A stretch of 64,000 bases of DNA from Eledone cirrhosa (lineage: Eukaryota), in NCBI GenBank assembly GCA_964016885.1, contig OZ024741.1, positions 364,498,001 through 364,562,000 of the forward strand. Direction: 5' to 3'. This document shows, in pieces, positions 14,140-24,571 of this stretch. The position numbers and the translations under genes are program-made. The notes under the pieces are model-generated. The model ran no database searches and was not told where the DNA came from. It saw only the letters and a list, made by a program, of their open reading frames with translations. How positions within the stretch are numbered: position 1 is the stretch's first letter; every line of letters starts with the position of its first letter.

Positions 14140-14906
14140 ACGAAGGAAATGTGGTAAGGAACCAGGTGGACCATAACGCACCAAAGTACTCAATACTTAG
14201 GGTAGTAGAGTGGGTAATAGGAACGAGTAGGACCCTGACGGCTGAGCTCAAGCCGTTTCGACGGCTAATTCTGGACTAAAAATCCTATATATATATATAT
14301 ATATATATAGGAAATCCCTATAAATATACACTCTACTTTTATTAAGTATAGAGTTGAATAATGGTCTTTCTTGTCTTAACTAATAACATATTATCCATCC
14401 ATTCATCTATTTATATGTGTGCCTGTGTTTATACCCTGTAATTTAGCTGGTTAGCAAAAGACGGCATTGAAATAAGTACTAGGCTTGAAAATATAAGTCC
14501 TAGGGCTAGTATGACTGAAACTAATAAAAGAGCCAAGCAAAAAAAGAAAATGAGTGCATTTGATAAGATATATGGTTATGTAAGCAGGGTTAAACCATAA
14601 TAAGAGTGAACGATATGTCTATATTTAAATATTACGTTTAATGAACATATAGATTTCAAGAACCCTAAATGGTGATGCCTTTTGTTTCAATATGGATTAT
14701 TATGGTGTTGAAATGTTTGACTGTATAACTACTTGGATTAATGCAGGATTACCAAAATTATCTTTTGTATATTCCATTGTTTTATAACATTATGCATGTG
14801 TGTGTGTATATGTCTGTCTATATATGTATGTCTATATATATATAAAATATATTATATACATACATGTGTATATATATAATATATTATATATATATATGTA
14901 TGTGCA

Positions 14907-14945
<39 letters not shown>

Positions 14946-15018
14946 TGGAATATACGTGTATGTATATATATATATATATACGTGTATGTATGTATATATA
15001 TGTGTATATATATATATG

Positions 15019-15057
<39 letters not shown>

Positions 15058-15099
15058 GTACATATATATATGTATATGTTGATATATATATATATATAT

Positions 15100-15899
15100 A
15101 TATTTATTAAAATAACAGATTAAAGTTTAAGCAAAGAATCGCTGCTTTCACCCTTATATTTATTTATTTATATACGTTTATTTATTTATTTATTTATTTG
15201 TATACACGCACACACACATATTTATATGTGCGTGGTTTTGTATACCTATGGCAAGTGTTTTCGCGTATGCTTGTGTATGTACGTATTTGCATGCGTGTAT
15301 GTATTTATTTAATTTCTATTACCTCTGTATTGTATTTATTTACTTTATTCTTAACTCTGAAGCGGAGATTCATTCGGTTTCCTAGTTAGAATTTTAGTCT
15401 ACGACTTCAGCTATACCATTTACGTGGTTTTGTCTTTGCGTGCAATTGTTCTCCACGCTCAACATATGACGTATTATCTTCGTTTTTTCCGTTCATTGCC
15501 AGAGAACGTCTCTATGAACCACCTAAGAGAACATTAGTCTGCGACTTCTTTTATACCATAAACGTGGTTCTGTCTATGCGTGTAATTGTTTTTCACTGCT
15601 CCTATTAATGACGTATTATATTCGTTTTTCCCGTTCTTTGCCAGGGAATGTTTCCACGAACCAAAGTATAGTCTTCCTGTCTTCCTCCGGTTGCAACGTT
15701 TTTTGAAATATCCACTTCTGCGTTTACAGATTGACTTTGTTAGTTTCAGAAGATCCCGTTAAGGGTGAAAGCAGCGATTCTTTGCTTAAACTTTAATCTG
15801 TTATTTTAATAAATATTTGCTCTACGATTCTTATATATTTGATATATATTTATCCTTATCGAGCCCTCTTTGGATTTTAGTCTTCAAATTTATTATTAT

Positions 15900-15900
<1 letters not shown>
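15100..15900. mobile_element. Penelope-like element terminus (pLTR-like) with inverted segment; relatives at 44955-45140 and 63300-63545
   Basis: Inserted in (TA)n. Contains a 57-bp perfect inverted repeat, an internal direct repeat of about 140 bp and a hammerhead-like motif. Family assignment is inferred. Confidence 0.55.
15742..15792 (+). ncRNA. Hammerhead-ribozyme-like fold (type I, non-canonical core)
   Basis: AGTTT-CAGAAGA-TCCC gttaa GGGT-GAAA-GCA..TGC-TT-AAACT. Second copy at 63471-63521. Confidence 0.4.
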
Positions 15901-15941
<41 letters not shown>

Positions 15942-16250
15942 ATATAGATAGATAGATATATATATCTAATTGGCAGTAGCACTAAGACAATGTTTATGCT
16001 TAATAGAATTGTATATGAAAACATATATAAACATATATAATACATTTATATACAATAAACATGGGTAGCCTCACTGTCGAAGAATTTTTGTTTCCATAGT
16101 TTTATTTTGCTCTATTCTCCTTGTTGAATGTAATACCAAGTTGACAGTATGTTCTGAGAATGTCAGATAGCTGTTTCAAGATTTGTTAATCTCTCATTAT
16201 TGACAGCCACTCAAAATGTACTTGCATGAAATAGACTATAGTTTATATAG

Positions 16251-16340
16251 AATTTTCTATGATGATCACTTAACCGGAGATGGTCATTTGCATGTAGAAA
16301 AGCAGCAAACATCAGCTGGAAGTGGTCATTTGCATATAGT
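16251..16340 (+). CDS. Candidate 90-nt symmetric phase-2 cassette exon (IFYDDHLTGDGHLHVEKQQTSAGSGHLHIV)
   Basis: Weak acceptor tttatatAG, donor GTGAGC at 16341, 29 full codons without a stop in host frame. Confidence 0.35.
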
Positions 16341-16726
16341 GTGAGCTTGGATGCATATATATATATATATATGAGCTTTTCTCATCGTACCAAAAGTAAT
16401 AGTAGAATTCTCCATTTGATTCCAGAGTCGGGCACAATCAATAGGGATTGAACCTTGACCTGATCAATCACGAAACACGCTTCACACCTAAATAAACTTT
16501 ATGAAAATTTGGCACCTGATCCATGGAGGTGTATTGGCAGTGTCGGTAGAGAGTCGGACGCCATGCTTTCCAGCATAGTTACGTCCCTTTACGGTCTGAT
16601 CCTGCCGAGGTCAACTTTGCCTTTCATCCTTACTTTGTCGATAAAATAAAGTACCAGTAATGTACTGGGTAATTGCTGGCCTTGTGCCAAAAGTAGAAAC
16701 AATTATTAATTATATATATATATATA

Positions 16727-17465
16727 TCATCATCATCATCATCATCAACGTTTAACGTCCGTGTTCCACGCTTGCATGGGTTTGGACGGGGGTTTTCCCA
16801 CTTGAGGCAAGAGTGATTGTCTTGCTCGCATAGGACTGTCTGGCAGGTTTTCTACAGTTGGATGCCCTTCCTAACACCAACCACATTTACAGTGTGGGTC
16901 TGGGAGGTTTTTACCGTGTTGCCTACACGGCCACATTACAGCGTGGACTGTGTGTTTTTTTGTCGTGACACCTACACGATCTCATTTGTTTCGGCCTGGA
17001 TGGTGTGGCACCAACATAACTTTACATAGAAGTTGGATGGGGTGGGGGTGGTGGGACGGGGGTGTATTTTGTTAGAGATGCCTACTGACTGTAGTAGGTT
17101 TTACTATGTATTTAGGTAAGGCGGGTCTTCTCTATTACTGAGTACCGCCAAAGGTCTCAGTCCAGTGACATTGTCTTGGAGAGGTGTAAGTGTGTGAGGT
17201 CGGAGTTTATCAGCTCGTCCCAGGTTTTTCTAGGTCTGCCTATTCCGTTGCTACCGTCTATCTTTATTGCCCTGCACTTTGTTATACAGCTATCGACTTT
17301 CATGCGCATCACGTGTCCATACCAACGTAGCCTTCTCTCGAGTAAACAACATCTGATCCCTCTTATTTCTAATTTTTTCCTTAGTTCGTTTATGCTTTGC
17401 CGTTCACGTATATTAGTATTGCACATCCAGCGGAGCATGCAAGCTTCGTTCCTCTCTAGTCTGCG

Positions 17466-17467
<2 letters not shown>
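16727..17467 (-). mobile_element. 5'-truncated RTE-clade LINE: RT C-terminus plus 3' UTR with (GAT)n tail
   Basis: ORF 17157..17630 contains MLRWMC, RRLRWYGHVMRM and GRPRKTWDE. The UTR recurs at 62740-63140. Confidence 0.9.
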
Positions 17468-17561
<94 letters not shown>

Positions 17562-18347
17562 TGTATAAGTAAGGCAAAATTTTTTCAAAGATGTTATATT
17601 GAAAACACAACTATGCTCCAATTTGATCATTTACATTAAGGATTTTTTTGTATATCCCTATTAGTTGTTTATGCTCTTAAATCCGTGTGTATTTACATTT
17701 CGAAGCCTTCATGGCTCCATCTTAAGAACCAGAATGGTCAAACTAGTGGCCTATTGGTCTCATGCTTAGCAGTGGTCATAAAGTATCATGTGAGTAATCG
17801 ATCATGGATACATCATCATTATCATCGTTTTAACATCCACTTTCCCTGCTAGTAATGGTTGAATGTGTCTGAGTAGACCAAGTCATAACTGAAGCTGGGC
17901 TACTGATCTCTCAGTTAGGTCAGGGATCTGCATCTTGTTTACATATGGTCTCACTTTCTATTGGGTGTACAGAAGAGGTTGTCATATCTTTGACACAACT
18001 GAGGGGCCTTCCCAACCATATATTTGGCAAGCTTTCTATGGCTGGATGCCCTTCTATCATCAACCATTTTACAGAGCGTGTCTAATGTAAAATTTTCAAT
18101 GTTTGAAATATGGCAGTTATAATTGGTTTCACATATACTGTATCTTTATTTTAATTTATAGTTTATAGTCTTATGTTAGTAAAACCTCTATAGTTGTTCA
18201 CTTTGTTTTCTGTGGAAATTCTATGTAGAATTGTAGTGTCTTTGTCTAATGTAGTCCTATATAGTTTTTTGCATGTACTGTATGGAAATGTGTTGTGATG
18301 GCTTTTTGTTGTATGTGCATCGTTAACTGATGGGAAAGAGTATTGCT

Positions 18348-18410
<63 letters not shown>

Positions 18411-19383
18411 GAAGCATAAACTAAAAATATTTCTCTTACTATAGTTCTCTCTATGACACCTCATTTTCTCAGCTTTCCTTTATTGTTAGGGTTTCAGTTT
18501 GAAGTTACAAGCGTTTTAAGGCCATTTTTCCTGCTAAAGCAGTGTTTAGTCATATGGGTTTCCTAACCGGCTTAATTAATCACATCATGTGGTCCTTTTT
18601 GAAGCAGTGTTTTATAACTGGATGTATTCTCCAGAATAAACCCTTTTTTCCACCTCTTCAAAATGCAAGGATATGATTCATCTCTTACAATCTGAAGGTT
18701 TTTTAAATACATCCATGGTACTATAGCTTTTTGACAGAGATGATAAATTATACTGTGTATATTGCTTGTTTTAACACTTTTGTTATCAATTCTAACAAGT
18801 TACACTGCATATGGTTTTGAAATCATTTTGAAAATAATCAAGACATTGGAAGAACTTAGTAAAATAATTGGAGTATAACTTAACAATTAATATTTTTAGA
18901 TAAATATAAACACTTTAAAACAGTTTTCTTTCATAGAACCAGGGGCAGTGTTAGGCAGTTTAGTATCGAAAAGGTTATGATACAAATAATACAACTGTCT
19001 TCTGAATGTCTTAGTGACTGCACTACTAGTTCTTCAGATAAAACAAGAAACATGATACGTACATGTATATAATGTAGAAAATGATATATTTAAGAAGGCT
19101 AAGGCAATGGAAAAGTTTGTCACCTGGTATTTATTATTATTATCTTTTTTTTTCCCTAATATTTCGGGATTTAAAAAAGTATGGGGAGTTTCAGAGCACA
19201 ATGTTCTGGCCTTATCACTTTGAAATTTGATTTTAATTGAACATTTAGAAACCACTTTCAAGCCTTGTGTTTTGATGTTTGCTGTAGTATCTTCAAGAAG
19301 CAGGTGGATGATGCCAGTTGACATATGTATAATCTAATTGAAGAAATTTCATGTATTAATTGTTCTGTTTAGGCTGCGTGTAA

Positions 19384-19958
19384 ATGTGTTCTTTATGTGA
19401 TGAGTTCCAATTTGTTGTTGATTTGTGGGTTGAGCCTATGTATAAGCAGTGCTTCCTTTATTCTGAAGTTGCCCACATTTCTCTCTCTAGCTTCAATATT
19501 GGCTGTTATGTTTTTGTTGGTGTTTTTGCATTTGTCAATGTGTATTTTGATTGAGGATGCATGTGTGTTGAGGTGTTCTTTAATATAGGTGTGGAGTGGT
19601 CGAGTCATACTACCAATGTAGAACTCCTTGCACTTGTCACATTCAATGAGGTATACCACATGTATCTGCTGGCACATGTATCTGCTGGCACATACCTGTG
19701 TCGCAGATAAGGCAGTTAGTCAGCTTGCATTTATTATTGTTGTCACTGGATCGCTTTTTAGATAGGCATCCTCTCTGCGAAGGCCCGGAGTGAGCTAATT
19801 CTATGTCCAGTCCTTCATTACGGATGGCTCTGCGGATTGCTGTGGTTATGTTTTTGCTGAAGTGTGGTAATTTCATGAAGGAGTTGGAGGAGGTCTTATG
19901 CCTATGGTGCCTTTGATTCTGAAGACAATTTACTGTGGATGTTGGTATAAATTCGTTA
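19384..19958 (-). mobile_element. Penelope-like element, GIY-YIG endonuclease fragment
   Basis: VVYLIECDKCKEFYIGSMTRPLHTYIKEH...IKEALLIHRLNPQIN. Disrupted by a short tandem duplication near 19658-19690. Confidence 0.88.
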
Positions 19959-19982
19959 CATATATATATAATATATATATAT

Positions 19983-20086
<104 letters not shown>

Positions 20087-21055
20087 TATGTATATATATA
20101 TAGTATATAATATAGATGTGTGTGTGTTTGTGTGCATGTAAGTATGTATGTATATATATATACACTGATGTGTTGAAGAGACAGTGGTATTTCAAATAAA
20201 TTGATTGGAAATTAATTGTTATAGACACTTCATATAAAGTTATAACATTATTGTTATTATTTTATATCTCTTAATTTCCTAATAGATTTAATTAGGTAAT
20301 GGTTTATAGTGCCAATCTGATTGAGAAGGCTTTCAGAATTGTATTAGATTGCTATTGCTTAACACCAGGCCAACTTTGATTTAACAGACTTATGATTAAA
20401 GTTATTCCAGCCATGACTATCTTGTCTTCTTTTCAGACATAGTGTACTTCAGACAACATTATGTAGTCCATCTATATGTCTGTCTTTTTAAGATGGTAGT
20501 ATTTGGTTTGAGGAATCTCAGGCTGTTATTTCTAGCAGATCATGTGACCATGTAGAGGTTCCCACATTGGTTCAATTGTATTGGGTTGATGAAGGATAAA
20601 TTTCTCAATGAAAAGTAATGGATCTCCATTAGTTCTAACAATGAGTGTTCCTGTTCTTTGATCAGTGGAGCAGCCAGCTCATGAAATTTATGTAATGCAT
20701 GACAAGGCTGGCCATTTGAATTACAACACACTTTTTTCCAGCTGAGTTGAAATAGTGTCTTGTTCAAAGACAATGTGCTGAGCTGTCTGGGTTTTGAATT
20801 TATGACCTTATGACCATGCACCCTGCGCCATAACCACTAAGCTGTATGCCTTTACTCAATGAAGAGAGGGAGCCAGTCTATTACAGGTCACAGGTAATGT
20901 TTCCATATGTATTCCTGAGAACTAGGTGGACTGAGGTATGTAGATTAAAGTGAAACTTTGCAGAAGACTCTCACTTACAAAATTGTTAGTCTTATTAATA
21001 CCTTGTTTATTTAGCCATTTCACTTATCTCTATATCTATCTATATGTATGTATTT

Positions 21056-21086
<31 letters not shown>

Positions 21087-21562
21087 CACATGCACATGCA
21101 CACATACATACACACCTAATAATTTACATATGTATATACACATATACATGCACCTAATCATTTATTTTATACACCTACATATGCATGCTATGCAGTTAAA
21201 CCAATTTCAGTATTGCTTCTTATTATTTGAATCAATTTGCAATTTAACTTATTCTTAATTAAAATTTTTCTTCATTATATTTCCTTGACTTTCTAAAAAA
21301 ATACCACAAACACATTTTTTTTTCTTTTATTTATTTCGTTTATATTTTTTGTATATGTCATCTTCTTCATTTTGCTACTGCTTTAACCCTTTCATTACTT
21401 GTCACCAAAGCTATTATCATTATTATTATTGAAGCTACTTTTAATTTTTTGAATTTCATATATTTTTCTTCCTTCAAAAGGCCACACACACACACACACA
21501 CATTCTTTTCGCTACAGTTAGTTGCAAAATGCAATGTTTATGCAGTTCTCCTTTTCTTAATA

Positions 21563-21603
<41 letters not shown>

Positions 21604-22646
21604 AATGATAATAATAATAATAATAATGATAATAATGATTTCTGATTTTAGTAATAATAATGATAATAATAATAATTTCTTTATTAGCCACACAAGGCCC
21701 ACATTAAGGAAACATTAAAGCTGGCACAGTACAATACAGTGTGGGTTTTCCTTGTGTAAAATAAAATTTATAACAGAGACTAAGAAAATAAACATTTTAA
21801 AACAATAATTCTGCACCTTTTAGAAATATACATACACATGTTAAATTTAGTACCAACTCATGTATTAAAATGAACAATACACATGCACTCTCACACACAA
21901 GTAGTTTTGTTAAGGTTGAGTGAGGGGCCTTTCATTGTGGGTTGAAAATAAACCAAAAAAATGAAAAAGTTATTTTTTTCTTGGCCAATAGTCTTTAATA
22001 ACATTATTTCGTGATGGTCTCTTTTTTTATATAAAAAATATACTATGACATAAAAGATGTAGAAGTTTTTTTGAAAAACTTTATTTCATCAAATAAAATA
22101 CTTCTTAACAAACATCATTACACAAACTACTTTCCTTCCCATTATTAAACATAAACTTAATCATATATGCAGTTCATTAGTATTTTCAGTTTTGAAAACT
22201 ATTCATTTCACTATTTTCTAATTAATTAATTAGTAGGTAATCAAATATTATTTGTGAAATTAATACAAATATAAATCCATTTAAATAACACAATCTTTTA
22301 AAATATTAGATCAGCAGAATATATATATATATATATATATATATTAGATTTTCCTTATTTGTAGTCTAAACTGGAGAATACAAATATATCTCCATTTAAT
22401 CCTTTTGTTACCCTCTTTCTAATAAAATATACTCTATTTGAATTAATAAATGAAAACTTTTGACTAAAATTATTAATTATTTTATTTATACTGATAGTAA
22501 CTTAACATAATTCTTATATAAAATTATGTTAGAAGATTTTAATTTAGATAGGAACCTTTTAAAATGTGTGCTTTTGTTTCATAGAACCAGAGCTGATTTT
22601 AGCTGGGTTGAAATCAAAAGAGTCAACAACAATTTTCTTTTTATTA

Positions 22647-22733
<87 letters not shown>

Positions 22734-23143
22734 TTAACTGATATCTCCTTATTATGATATTGTGATATCTGTATTCTAAAATGAAAACACAAACATATTA
22801 ACTTAAATAATTAAATTTATTTTTAAAATTTGAATCAATCAGAAGAATATATTAATGCATTATTTAGATTCCATTTTATTGTGGAATTTTCAAAATTCAT
22901 GCTGTCTTCATATAAATGCAAATGGAGAATACAAATATATATTCATATAAATTTGGATAAGGAGAATAAATATATTATGTAGATTCCCCGTTATTGTGAT
23001 ATGTTCAAGCTTCATGCTGTCATCATATAAATGCAAAAAGAAAAAAAATAATTATAAAATAAAAGTCAATGCAAAATATTTTATTTAATTGTTGGAAAAA
23101 AAATTTTTGTTACATGGGTAAGTCATATTTTTCTCCCATTTAG

Positions 23144-23194
23144 ACTGCAGATAAATCGTAGATCACAATTACTGTCTGCGATTGGGGTGACAAG
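23144..23194 (+). CDS. Candidate 51-nt symmetric phase-2 cassette exon (LQINRRSQLLSAIGVTR)
   Basis: tttttctcccatttAG acceptor, consensus AAG|GTAAGT donor, open in host frame. Confidence 0.65.
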
Positions 23195-23724
23195 GTAAGT
23201 TGCATATTGCTTATAAAACCTACCTAAGTGTGATATATTCTATTGGTGTGAACTTGTCATTTCTGTGGGACTAACAATTCATCCCCCAAAAATGAATTGC
23301 CATTTTCTCAGGACTGATATAGTTCATACTTAGAAAACTCCATCATAAAAGCTCGCATTCGATATCAAACAAAGAGTTGTTTTCATTTTTAGTGCAAAAA
23401 TAGAAAGTGATTTATGATTTGAAAAAGAAAAAAGAAAATGACAAACCCTCCCTCCTAAACAACTAATAAGTGGATGTGAACGATCCTCAAAATTTTAGCC
23501 ATTTGCAATACTGCATATGTGAAAATTATTTGTAATTTCTTAATTTTCAAAATTTGTGCTTTGTAAATAAAGCACAGGACAATTCGATTCGATATTTTGT
23601 TATTTAGCAATTCAGCAGTTCAGCATGTAAAATCAAGGCTACTGTTTGGGTCAATATTCTGTTTATATGCCTTGCTTACCTTATAACACATCAATACAAC
23701 AGATCAAAGTATATATGTATATAT

Positions 23725-23758
<34 letters not shown>

Positions 23759-24097
23759 ATATACAGGATAATGGAAAACTTTTGACTTCAAAAATACATA
23801 TAATACTGAGATACCAAATAAATATGAACATTTATAGAATTGAAAGGCTATTTTAATATATATATACTTATATATATATATATACACCGATGCATATGAA
23901 AGGGGTATTTTTTTGCTCTCATTCTCTAATACCCTCTTTAAAAATCACACCATGTAAAAGGTTTTCAAGAAATTAATGACCATATCTAGAATACTAGAAT
24001 ATATAATGAGGTTCTTAGGTAGTTTTTATTAATGTTGTAAGTAACCTGTAGAAAAAAAAATTAAATTTTCAAAAATCAAACCCTACATGACCAGTAA

Positions 24098-24571
24098 TCC
24101 TTTTATCATCATTTCTGATAAAAGACACTATCCCTGATTTTTAAATATATGTTGAGAATCCTTTATCCAAAATGCTTGGGAAAACCCTATCCTGGGCAGG
24201 TGAGGTCACTTACAGTAGCTACCGCAGTGTGTGCAACAGGTGCATATCACTGGGAACCTTCCCAGTGCTTTGCGGAATATTCCATTGAGTCATGCCAACA
24301 CTAGAAATACTTTTGAATTTTGAAGGTTTTCAAATTTTGGAATTTTGGATAAAGGATTTTTAACCTGTAATTTTGAAAATAAACAAGGTTTTGAAGGGAT
24401 TTAGTAAAATAACTTTCTCATCATTAAGTTGGTGTTTGGAGCATAACTTTAAAAATTTCTTCCATAAAATTATGATAAATAGAAAGTTTTAGATAAATAT
24501 AAACACTTTAAAACAAACAACATAATATTATAGAACCATCGAACGTTCTATGTAGTTTAGTATCAAAAGGG
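24098..24571. mobile_element. piggyBac-like MITE family A copy, interrupted by a Tigger-like MITE
   Basis: Ends ...aaagGG-TTAA. The host consensus resumes on both sides of the TA-flanked insert. Confidence 0.75.
24148..24367. mobile_element. pogo/Tigger-like MITE (220 bp)
   Basis: TIRs (tatg)ttgagaatcctttatccaaaat / attttggataaaggatttttaacctg, TA duplication. Confidence 0.8.

Noticed and set aside
14800-15123. Long I/Y/V/C-rich ORFs here and at 17413, 19898, 22526, 28849, 43381 and 54624
   Set aside because: Translations of (TA)n/(TG)n microsatellites, which lack stop codons.
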